Shown: positions 12,550 to 24,500 of the stretch, piece after piece
How positions within the stretch are numbered: position 1 is the stretch's first letter
Layout of the letters: every line of letters begins with the position of its first letter
Origin: Phaeosaccion multiseriatum
Taxonomy: Eukaryota; Protista; Ochrophyta, other classes
Length of the DNA stretch: 64,000 nt
Assembly (NCBI GenBank): GCA_965112735.1
Contig: OZ218956.1
Span: 3,224,001 to 3,288,000 of the forward strand
Direction: 5' to 3'
The notes under the pieces: model-generated
Told to the model about the DNA's origin: nothing
Seen by the model: the letters and a program-made list of their open reading frames with translations, nothing else
Database searches by the model: none
Position numbers and translations under genes: made by a program

Positions 12550-13206
12550 TAGGAGTGACTGCGCTGCGCCGAGTCGTCCGTGGGTCTCGATGGCGAAGGT
12601 GGTGAGGCGAACACGGCTGTGGTGTGATGTGGTGGTGGTGTGGGGTTTTCAGCTTCGATTTCATAGGGGGTGGTGCAGAAGCTTCAAACACCTAACAAAT
12701 ATACACCACCTACCCCCCCCCCCCTTCCACCCCAAACAACTGTTTTAGCTACTGCAGTAGCGAGTTTTAACATGCGTATCGTGTTGTTCAGTACCCTCGT
12801 TAAGACAAGTTGAATGCCGGCCTCGTTGGCTCCTGCACCCCCCATCAAATTCAGTTCTATTGCCCTCCAACATGTGAGAGCCTAGCAAATTGAAACTTTT
12901 GTTCATTACGTAAGGGCCAGGAGGGTCTTACATAAGGGTGTCTGCAAGCCCAACTGGGCCCTCCCCCCCTCCCAAAGTGCCTTCATGGCTGAGCTGAGCA
13001 GCTTGTGTTTCGCGTCCCGGAAAGCGATGGGCAAGGGGAGTGCAGTTAAGTGTCGATATCCATATTTAAGGTGTTCGATATGGACGTTGACAAGGTCACA
13101 CAAGCTGAAAACTGAAAACTGGGGGGGGGGTACAGAGTAAAGAGAAGGTTTATTTCGTTAACGTCTAGCGAACTGAATGGAAAGCAACACATTCCTCTGG
13201 CCTCCC

Positions 13207-14254
13207 TCAATGTCTGTGTGCGGCCATGGCTTGCACCAGCCGTTGCAGCTCCTCCTGACGCTCGGCGAGTGACCGTACCTCCGCCCTTAGGCCACGCAGC
13301 TGCCCACACAGCCACCACACCGAGAGCAGCAGCACCAGCACAATACCCACAAGAGTCTCGGTGGAGAAGTACCAAGCCTCCCAGTCTTTACCTGCCTTGC
13401 CAGCAGCCACTCCACCTGCGGGCAGAGGAGAGGCCCCCACCCCCCCGGGCTCGCGGGAGACAGCAGCAATAGCACCACCACCAGCAGCAGCAGCACCAGC
13501 AGCAGCACCAGCACCATCACCACCACCAGCTGGGGTGGTGACCGTGACGCCGACACCCCCAATCGCTGCTGCTACTACGGCCATTTCCGCGTTGGATAGG
13601 CCCAAGCCCTTCGCAAGGAGGTCGACGGTAGCGGGGCTGGAGGAGGGGAGAGGCGAGCCGCGTTGGACATCCTCAAGGTGGGAAATAGGGTTCGTGGTCA
13701 GGGCTGCGGCAGACGGGGTACGGAGGTAGTACACACTGCGCTTCACGCCATCTGTGAGTGAGTGCCAGAGGGCGGGTAAGTCAAGCAGGGGCAAGAGGAG
13801 GGAGGGAGACGGAGGTGAATTAGGGGGGTTGAGCAACAGTAATGCTTACGATCCAGGAGCGGAAACCCAGCGGAAGAGAGGGAGGGGGATGGCGGACGAG
13901 ACCTTGTCCACGCTCAACTTTCTGTCCAAGGCATGTGAAGATTAAACAGCCACCCCCACCCACCCACCCACCCACACGCGCACAACCCCCGCAAACACCC
14001 ACGCGCGCACCTGCATAGGCGGCCCAGAAGGGCCTGCTCTCATCCAGAGTGCCCTTGCGAATCTTGGAACGAAGTATGCTCTGCTTCCAAAAGTGCACCC
14101 CCAGCCCCACCTGCATACGGAGTGTCAGGACAAGGGGGGGTCAGGAGTGTCAGGACAGAAGGGTAAAAAAATGGATGGAGGCTGATCAGCAGAAAATGAA
14201 ACTGTAGGCACTGACACGCACGCCCAAACGCACACATACACACACACACACACA

Positions 14255-14289
<35 letters not shown>

Positions 14290-17032
14290 GCAGACGGCTT
14301 CTACTGCAGCCGGGAAGCTTGCTCAGCACCACGCGGCCCAATACGCTGAACACGTCCGCCATGGGGATGCCGTCCAGCTTGGTGATCTGGGGTGTGGGGG
14401 GAGGGGCTGGTTGAATTTGTGGTACTGGCCTGTCTCGCTGCTACGGTGGCACGGCAAGTCAGAGCTCTCCCCCCCCTCCCTCCCTCCCTTTCTGTCTCCC
14501 TCCAGACCCTCCCTCTCTCTCTCTCTCTCTCCATCCCTCCCTTTCTTTCTCCCTCACTTCCTCTCTACCCTTCTCCCTCCCTCCCTCCCTCCCTCCCTCC
14601 CTCCTTCCCTCCCTCCCCCCTTCCCTCTCTCTCTCTCTCCTTCCCCCTCCCTCCCTCCCTCTCTCCCTCAGCCCGCCCACCGACCCACCTGAGCCACCAC
14701 CAGGCGACGAAGCACCTTGCCATCGCTACCATACTCGAGCCTGTAGGCCTGGTCCTGTCTACTTGGAGCTTCCTTGGGGCCAATGAAGAGCATTGAGGTA
14801 CGTGGGTGTTGGAAAGACCAACTCCGACAGTGGCTAAACGTGTCATTCGGGAACAAGCTGCTCTTGAAAGAGGGGCCCTCCTGCCCGCTGCTACTCCCCC
14901 CCCCCCCTTGAGCTGTCCCACTGCTGCTGAGAGGGGCCCAGGCGGACTTGCTGGTGTCCAGATTGAGCTCCCCCTGAGGCAGGACAGGGTAGAGGTGTAT
15001 GGGCCGGGGCAGGGTAGAGGCATACGAGCAGGACAGGGTAGAGGTGTATGGGTACGCAGCCCAAAGCATGGTGGGACAGGGCATGGCAGGGCAGGGCAGG
15101 GTAGGCACAGAGAGAGAGAGAGACGGGGTGGGGAAGGGCAGGGTAGTTGGTGATACAGGGCAGGGCAGTTGGCGATCCAGGCAGGGAGGTTGGTGATACA
15201 CGGCAGGAGAGGACAGGACAGGGTGGGCAACAACAGAAAAGAGGGAGACAGGGCGGGGCAAGGATGGGGCAAAACGATGGCATCCCATGTATCATCACAA
15301 AGGAGACTATGCGATATGTGGACCTTTATATCCGTATACGCATTCATTGACAACATCAATCAATCTGTCCTCTTTCTGCTTCTCTCTCCCGCTCCGTCTT
15401 CCTCTCCGCCTCTCTCTCTCGCTCCTCCTCCTCCTCCCCCCCCCCCACCACCGGTTCTCTCTGCCTTTCCTTTCCCGCCACTTCCCTTTTCTCTCTTCTC
15501 TCTCTCACCTGCCAGTTCAGCACGTGCTCCCAGAAGCTTGATTGCGACGACCACAGCCAGGTAAAGCCCTGCTCGACACTGCACTCCAGTTGCATATCAC
15601 ACACCACTTCATCGAGGGCAGACAGTCCCGGATCTGCACCCACCGGGGGCTCAGGGTCAAAGTCAGCATCATTGGTTGTCTCCCGGGGCATTGCCGGCGT
15701 CCCGAGGGGGGATGAGGGGGAGGAGGCGTCAGCAAAAGAGTCGATTTCTTGGAGCTTGGCCTTAATCTCGTGTAGCTTGAGAAGGAGTTGATAGCAATCG
15801 TCTCGGTAAATAAACGATCCTGTCGGATGGGTGGAGGGGTGGGTAGGTGGGTAGGTAGGTGGGTAGGTAGGTAGGTGGGTGGGTGGGTGGGTTCGTTGGT
15901 TGGTTGTATGGTTGGTTGATTGGTTGGTTTACATCATGGATGGATGGCCATGTGACGGGGGGAGGAGGGGCATACAAGGTGCAAGGTTTGGTTCCGATTA
16001 GAGGCGAAGGAAGGAGAGGGAGGGAGGTATGGGGGGAGGGGGGGGAGAGGAGAGAGGGGCATGAGGAGACATCGTTAGAAGAGGGGTGAGTCCCGGCAAG
16101 ACAAGGAGAAACGTATCAAAATCAATAAAGGAAGGTGGGAAGACAAAGAACCCCACGCTCCAACCAAAAACCCTCCTTCTCCCCTCAGTTGCGCTCTCCC
16201 TCCCACCCCTCCCCCCTCTCTCTTGGCTGGTACAGCAAACTGGCATGTACCCACCAAAGCTGTGCTGTGTGCCGTCTTTCATGGAGATCTCAATCGCACT
16301 GGGTACAATGAGCAGATTGGAGGCCTTGGCAATCGACACCACGTCCACCAACGGCAGCACCAGGCGGAGACTGCCCCATCCCACGAATAACACCCGATTC
16401 TGCGTAATGGTCATTCGTCCGTGCATAGGCAAGCTCCGGTTCCCGCTGCTGTATAGTGCACAGCTGAAGCTCTCTATCATCGGCTCTGCTCGGGCTGAGG
16501 GGGATAGCTCAAGCTCTGAGAACTGCGCAAAGACGTCCTTGGCTTTGGGGGCAGAAGCGTCCGCTCCTCCTTCTCCCCCTGCTCCTGCTCCTGCTCCTCC
16601 CCTTCCTCCTTCTCCTGCTCCTCCTGCTCCTCCTCCTGCTCCCCCCCCCAATCGCGACAACCGAGGAGAGAGTTTCGAAGCCCACTCTGTTGCTGCACCG
16701 CCAACCGCAACGGGCCCCGGTGATCCATCTTCGGTGGGCCAAGCGCTCTTGCTCTTATTCCTCTTCTCCGTGGGGGTAGTAGTGGCTCCCCCAGCTGCCG
16801 TCGTTTCGGACTCAACACGAACGAGACCCGTATCGCCTTCGCCCTCGCCCTCGCCACGCCCCTCCTGCTGCATGTCCTCCGTTTGCTCATCACCCTCGTC
16901 AGCAAGTCCTCTAGTGCCATCCTCGCTCCCACTGTCCGAGAAAGAGTCTCCCTGCATGTGGGCGCGTGCTGCATACGTAAACACTTCCTGCGACACACCC
17001 CGGGGAATAGCCGGAGCAGCAGCAGCAGTAGA

Positions 17033-17066
<34 letters not shown>

Positions 17067-20000
17067 GCGGCGGCGGTAGCAGCAGAAGACCTCGCTTTGG
17101 CTTCTGACGCCGCCCCGTCCTCCCTCTCACGCCACCTCTCCTCCCGTATGGCGTCTCTCTCTCTCTTGAGCAGCTCTCCCTCGAACCCCATGAACATGAC
17201 GCCTTCCGTCGGCACCGACAGTGAAGAGGCCCTCACGTGCTGTGGCTGACGCGGCGACTCCTGGCCAGGACTGGGACCAGTAGCGGAAGCCCCCTGCCCT
17301 CCTAGCGAGGGTGTCTTCATCACCAACATCTGCTGCTTCTGTTGCATCACCAACTGCTGCTGCATGTCGGTGGCAGCGGCGGCAGAAGAAGCAGCCCCGT
17401 GGGTAGCCTCGAAGAACTCGTGAAGGTCCCGTTTGGAGTCAATCATCTGCACCGAAGGCTCCACCTCCACTGCGTGCATACGGAGAAGCTTCCCCGCTTC
17501 CATGCCCCAGCTAGCGTGGAGGCCCACCAACACAGCCTTGAGGCTCTCCACACGGCTCGTCTCGGACTCGGCAAGCATTTCCATAATACGTAGGACAGCG
17601 TTGCGGTATTTGATCAGGAAACGAGTGGCCACCTCAACGCCGTCTCTGTTGAGCCTCACTCGCGCGGTCTCCTTCTCGTTCTTGAGCACCCCCAGCCTGC
17701 CCTCCAACATTCGCCGTCGCTCTCGGTCCGTGTTGTTATTGCCCAGAAACGCATCCAACACACCCTCCGTAAGCACGGACTTTGCCTTCTTCTCTTGGCT
17801 TTGCTGCCGTTGCAGTGAAACGGTCTCTGACCCTGAACCCTCTTCCAACGCCCCCTTCCCATTCCCCTTCACCGTACCCCCACCCGCTGCCACTACTTGT
17901 AATGCTCGAAGTTGGTCCTTCTTGTCTGCGATCTCTCGAGTGAGTCTCTCGAAACGGGCGAAGGACTTTTTGCGGTTGTAGTTCGCACTCGCCAGTTGGT
18001 CCAGCGCCTCCGAGTGCGATTTCGTGGCAAGTTTCAGTTTCAGCTTGGTTGCTTCTTGCACTTGGGTGATCCTACCGCATCCATAGTGCCCCAATGCCGC
18101 CGCCAGAGAGGTCTGTGCCTCCACCAGCGAGCTTAGAGGGCGAATGACCGCCGCCTCCCAGCCCTCCCTCAGCGATGGACCCTCACTCTGCATCACCTTG
18201 TGCATCGGGTGGGCCGGGGCGGAGGAACCCATGCCCATACCCGGTATGCCCATGCCCGGTACACCTATACCCCCGATACTGCCCATCCCCATCTGAAACG
18301 CCGACGACGACGACGACGACGAAGACGAGTGGGAAACGCCCCCGCCGCCCCCATCGACTGCCATCCCCCCGACGCCCCCGCCATCTGGGCCGTACCCGTG
18401 CTTGACCATAAGCTTCTGAAGCCCCTTGGCGTGGCTCTCTGTGGCCGTGCCCACCTCTGTGAGTAGTCCTACCATGGCCTGCATCCCCTTGAGAGCATCG
18501 AGAGTCCACTGTCGCGTCGCCTCCCACCGCCCCCGAAAGTACTCTTCCTGCTTGTCCAAATCCGCCGCATACGTCAACGCGGAGTCCGCCGTGGTACACG
18601 TAGGGCTGCCGGAAGCAGAGACAGCAGCATCTGCTGCCGCTGCCCCGCGCGCCGCCCCAGAGGGCTCGATGACCACGGATGCGGCAATAGCGGCATCGGG
18701 AGGAGGCGGGGGCGGGGGCTGCTGCTGCTGCTGCATCAAGAGCCGCACATCCTGGGCTACATCTACCTCTGCCAGGGCCGCACCGAGCTTGTCGAGAATA
18801 CAACCGCTAGTGCCGATACCACCACCTCCAACGCTGCCATCGTGCCCTTGTTGCCCAGCCTTCTCTACAGCCCCACCCCTAGGCCCTGCTGCTTCATCTC
18901 CTTTTCCTTCTCCTTCCTCTCCACCTGCCACCTTCTCCATCATCGCCTGCCGAACCCCGTTCAGGGAGAGTAAGGTCTGCTTCAGGCGGTCAATCCTCGC
19001 CTCCTCGTTGTTATGGAAGGCGTGCAATACGCTCTCCATTTCTGGGGGAAAGTCGGCGTTGCTTCCATTGAGCTCCATCACGGCACTGGCATAGGCCTCT
19101 TCGGTGCGGTCGACTGTGTCGATGGCGGCTCTCACTTGTTTGTTGAGGGCGTCGAGCTCGGCCTTCTTGCCCCCAGTCACGTTCTCGAACATCTTGGACA
19201 TGCTCGTGAAGATTTCCTGGTCAGCATATGAGATCACAACACACCACCACCAACAACAACAACAGCAACAGCAACAGCAACAACAAGTACAAGTAACAAT
19301 GAGACACACACAGAGAGAGAGAGAGGGGGGGGGGGAGAGAGAGAGGCGTACGCAGAATACATCCAAGACAGGACGAGCACAAGCGTCAAGATGAAGGGGT
19401 AAGGTCCATTCCCGTTTCTTCCGAGTTTCCCCACCTAAGGTAAGAGTCCTGACCTCCTGTACTCACCAACCGAGACCCGTCGTCGGAGAGGCCACCGCCG
19501 CCACCACCCCCTGCTCCTCCTGCCGCTCCTCCTGCCGTTGATACTGACGCCACTGCTGTCGAAGAAGGAGAAGGAGCGGGAAGGGGGGCCCCGGAAGCCG
19601 CCCCCGAGCCCACTCGAGGCTGACCCTCAGCGGGGGCAGCAGAAGCGGAAGAGGGAGACTTGCTGCTCGTACTCGTCGTCGCTCTACCCCCGCTCTTCTT
19701 CGCGTCCTCCTCCCTCTCCATGGCGAGCTTGAGCTGGTTCCTGCTGCTCACCAGTCGGCTGGACTCGAGACAGGCGGCTTCATAGGCGTCCTTGCACGTG
19801 TAATACCTCTCCTGCGCGGCTTCGAGATCGCTCACCAACGTCTGGGCTCGGAGTCCCAGCTCGTTCACCTCCTTGTTCTGCGTCTCACTGTATGCCTCTA
19901 GACTGCTCACCACCTCCCGCCTGCACTGCCGTGTGCTGAGAGCGATGTATTCGAGACCCACGGCCTCGACCGCTTGGACCAAGCCGCTCCAGCCTCCCCG

Positions 20001-21137
20001 GGTTAGCGAGGGAGCCCAGCAATCCTGTTGTTTCTGTTGTTGCTGCTGCTGCTGCTGCTGCTGTGGGGGTGGAGAGAACAATGGCTCCCCGTCCTGATGT
20101 TTCTTCACCACTTTGAGGAGCGCTTGCCCGTACTTCTCGTCCACTTTGTTCAAGTCTCCAAAGAAGGCGAGCATCCCTTTACACGTCTTGAGCCCATATC
20201 GCCCCTTGTCCTGCCACTCGCCGTACGTGACCAGAGTCGCAGGTGCGGGCGGCGGTGGTGGCAATGCCATCGGCCGCACCTCTGTCTCTACCGAAGCCTC
20301 TGTGCCTTCTGCATCTTCAGTTGCTACTGCAGGGTCCGGGGGTTCCCCACCTACATCAGCACTGTCTACTACGCTCTCTCCTCCACCTCCTCCATCTCCC
20401 CCTTCCTTATCCTTGGATGACAGCTGTGGTTGCTCCTCGAGTTTTCCCTCCACCTCCTCCTCCTCCTCCTCTTCCTCCTTCTCCTCCTCCTCCTCCTCCT
20501 CCTCCTCCTTCTCCTCCTCCTCCTCCTTCTCCTCCTCCTCCTCCTCCTCCTCCTCCTCCTCCTCCTCCTCCTCCTCCTCCTTTTTCTTCTCTTCATCATC
20601 GTCATATTCTTCGTCCTCGTCCTCCTTTACGTCCTGTTCTCTCTGAGCTTGGGGATCGTCTGGCTCATCGCTGCCCGTATCCTGAGGAGGGGGGAAATCT
20701 TCTGTCAGGTCTTCTTTCCGCACTGCTGTAGCTGCTGCTGCTGCTGCTGCTGCTGCTGGTACTGCTTCTCCTCCTCCTTCTCCTCCTCCTCCTCCTCCTC
20801 CTCCTCCTCCTCCTCCTCCTTCTCCTCCTCCTCCTCCTCCTCCTCCTCCTCCTCCACCACCACCACCACCACCACCACCACCTCCTCCTCCTCCATCTCC
20901 ACCTCCTCCTCCTCCTCCTCCTCCTCCTCCTCCTCCTCCTCCTCCTCCTCCTCCTCCTCCCCCGCCTTCTCCACTACCTCCTCCTCCTCCTCCTCCTCCT
21001 CCTCCTCCTCCTCCTCCTCCTCCTCCTCCTCCTCCTCGTCCTCCTCCTCGTCGTCCTCCTCCTCCATCCCCTTGGCCGCTTCTCACATCTTTCACCTCGA
21101 GTAAAGGATCTGGTGGGCCTTTCTTTATATCCTCCAT
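13207..21137 (-). CDS. Multi-exon protein: two F-BAR/FCH-like regions + GRAM + VASt (StARkin) + C-terminal TM/coiled coil (LAM/GRAMD1-like lipid transfer protein)
   Basis: FCH-like helices (GLKTCKGMLAFFGDLNKVDEKYGQALLKV; MQAMVGLLTEVGTATESHAKGLQKL). GRAM: ESFSCALY..MHGRMTITQNRVLF..AIEISMKDGTQHSFG|SFIYRDDCY. VASt exons: ITKLDGIPMADVFSV; VGLGVHFWKQSILRSKIRKGT. TM: LVGIVLVLLLSVWWL. GT-AG introns keep frame. Confidence 0.75.
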
Positions 21138-21557
21138 CTCTTTTGTTCTATGAAAAAGGGTGCTGTCTTTTTCTAAACACAAAGCACGCTCCTCCACACC
21201 AAAGAAGGTCGTAGCAGGTAAGCGCACACAGCAATTTTTTGCATGATACACATCACTGTGTAATGATACGTGTACCCTAGTTCCACAGCGAGTGCGGAGG
21301 AGCGGGAGAGAGAAGGGCGATGAGAAGAAGGGAAACATGCCTAGCGGAAACCCTCCGCCATTTTTCTCCTCCTTCCCCAACCCATTTCATTTCTTCTGTG
21401 CGCGATTACCGGACCCCCGACCGTGGAGTGATAGGCTGGGTCACTCCGTTGAAGAGTGATTGCCATTTTCTTCTGTGCACAAAGCACCCACAGACCCTCG
21501 CACGGGATGAGCACGTGATCGGCTGGATCACTTTGTTGAACGATGTCCTTGATACAG

Positions 21558-24500
21558 ACGTCGAACGACTATGGAGGCTCCGTCTCCGCGCTCGTGCTGT
21601 TCGTGTTCGCCTTCCTGCTCTTCATCAGCCTTTCTATTGTCCCAGTCTTTCGGGGGCGGCTCACTATGCTGTACCCGGCCCTGGTGTCCCGGATCCTAAA
21701 AGCGGAACAGATTAAAGCGAACCAGAAAGAAGAGAGACAAAACCGTGCGTACAATTTAGCGAAGGAGAGGACGGCGTTGGAGGGTGAAGAGCAGGACCAA
21801 GAGCTGAGCGGCCGGGGCCGGGGCGGGGTTATGGAGAAGCAAAGCTCCGTGAAGTCCATTGGAGACTCAGAGTACAGTCTTTCCCCACGCGGAGAAGGAG
21901 GAGAAGCACGGCGAAGAAGCGCACCACCGCTGTACAAGGAGCCACTGCCTCTAAAGCTGTCCCTCGATCTCCGTATCCTCTGGTTTCTCTTGGGCAATCC
22001 CAGGAATCGCTCATTCCACCGCCGCTTGATACTCATGCACGCGCTGGTGTGGGTGCTGTTAGCGCTACCACTGGCCTTCCTTGTCGTGCTGGGTCTTCAC
22101 GTCTGGTCTCTGCGCTTCTCTCTGTCCGTGGTGGGGCTTGGCACGGCAGTGTATCTCTGCGGCTGGATGGTGAGTTCAAGAGGGAGCGAGGAAGTCTGTT
22201 GCAGGGACGGGAATCACTCCAACCAAAGCCTTTCGATTGCAATGCTGAATATTACTGTGACATACTGCGGTGAAGAGATTTCTGCCTCGCCTCTTTCTGA
22301 CTTCCCATCGCCCTCCAACGATCGCGCTCCTCTCTGTCACCTTCCACTATCCTGAACCCAACAGGTGGTGGGCAGTATTTCCAACAAGTGGCAGAGGCGC
22401 AGACATGAAGCCCAACACGGGCGGCATGTGCTCCTGCTCAGCCTGGCGGGGCTCTTTGTCTACGTCCTCGCGGTGCTGCTGGGCAACGGCACAAGTAGCT
22501 TCTCCGTATCCGGCTGCAGCGCCATCTTCATCTCCCTTTCCGTCTTTCCTCTCATTGGCGTGCTCGCCCGAGCCGAACACGGCAGCAGCAGCGGCAGCAG
22601 CAGCAGTAGCAGCAGCAGTAGGGAGCAGGCCATCAGGAGGGGGGACTCCAGCAGCGGTGACTATTCCTACGACATTAGCTTGTCAAGGATTTTGGGGGAG
22701 GGAGGCACAGGTACCAGCACCAGCGAGACGCACGTGCGAGGCAGTCTGCGGGGTGGAGACGCCCTGCTTCTCGCCGCCCGGGACCTTCACTTGGACGAAG
22801 TTATCAAGTCCTTCTCGGCCGTGAAAGAGGGTGGCTTGTTTTCCAGCCATCGCCAGCACCTGCAGATTGTGACGGGAGGCGAGGGAGAAGGAGGCGTGTC
22901 TCTCCCCCAGTGGAGCGAGCCCTTTTCACTACCCACGCTCTACCTCCTGTCCGTGGGCTTTCCCGTGGCCAATGCGATTATAATTGCCTCCGCGGCCCAG
23001 AGCGGCGCTGGCAAGGGTTACGGCTTCACTGTCCTGTACGCCATCGTTGCGCTGGAGGCAGTGCTCTACCTCTTTTACCGCTCCGGCCATGCCAGCTCAG
23101 GTCCGGGGGGAGTGTCGTCAGCCGGAGGAGGAGGAGGAGGAGGACACAGACGCTGTCGCGGAGGCATCAGCGATGGCATGCTCACCCTCTCTTCCCCATT
23201 CAGGCTGCTCTGCGTCTCCCTAGCCACCCGTGTGGCTCTCATCTCCTTCGGGGTGAACTACTGGTTCATCGGACACTCGCTTGTGTTCCTTCTGGTGGCT
23301 TCCATCATTGCTCTTTCGGCAGTGGACGAGCTGTGCCCACCGTCGGATGTGGTACCTGTGAACTTTGGCGAGGATAGAGATGGCCTCGTGTTGGGGCTTG
23401 TGAAGCGCCTCTTTGCCTTGCTGCAACGAGGAGCTACGGCCCTGGCAAACAGAAACAGCAGCAGCAACAACAACAACAACAACAACAACAACTACAATAC
23501 TGGCAGGAGTAACAGCACTACTAGCACCATGCACAACACTAACAACACAGAGGCGGGCCAGGGTCAGGGCGAGCCACCGACCCAGGGCATGGGGAAGCGG
23601 CGTCGCAGCAGCCTACTGAACGGCTTATTTCCCAGCAGTTCGCTGCCCAAGATTGAGCAAGCCACGATGAGCTGGCAGAGAAGGGCGAAGGAGGCATTAG
23701 AGCTCACGCAGGGGGGCAAAGCGCCATTGGAGGCTTGGCGAGCCCTTGACGTCCTCCAGGCTCCTCCTGTACCGCCTCTCTCGCCGGTGCGAGAGACTAC
23801 TGCAACAGTTGGTGATACAGCAGGGGGTAGTGGGTCGGCGCAGCGGAAAGACAAGGTGACGAGGGTAGAGATGGCAGCGGCGTTGCGTCGAAAGGGTATG
23901 GAGGAGGTCTGTGGAGGCAAGCAGGGCCTTTTGCGACTCCTCATGCGCATTCCTACGAGTAAGCACGATGGACTCATTGGCCTGGCAGAGCTGGAGGTGT
24001 TTGCTAATCACCCCGCAGACGAGCCGTGGAGTAAGAGCGAGTGGCAGGAGTTCAGAGAGGCGGGAGAAGGCAAAGGGGGAGGGGGCGGATCTTTGAGCAT
24101 CAACCCCCTCTCCTTGCCCAGCCCGGGCTTTGGCGCAGGTGGTGGCGGTGTGGGGGAGACGAAAGTCCCCGGGAAGAGTCTGCTGGACGGTGATGAAGCA
24201 CAGCAGCAGGCCTCCCTCTCGCGGGCCCAGAGTAAAGACTTTGTGTCGCCTGGACTTTGGGGCCAGCGCAGCGATCGGTTCACAAGTGGATCTTCCTTCC
24301 GGCGGGGGGGGGGGAGAGGAGGAGGACGAGGAGGACGAAGGAGACGAAGCAAGCTTCCGAAGGCGTCTCAAGAAGCTCCGTCTTAAACTCAAACTCCTCG
24401 TCGCTGCTTTCATGAGCTTTTTGGAGGACAAGTGGTCTCTCCTCACCTTTGTCATCATCGCCTTTGTGGTGGAGACGGTGGTGGTGGGAGCGACTACCTA

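Noticed and set aside
19217-19466. Apparent non-canonical intron in the F-BAR gene
   Set aside because: A canonical gtgagt donor near 19466 restores frame; every junction I checked was GT-AG, and no introner-like repeated introns were seen.
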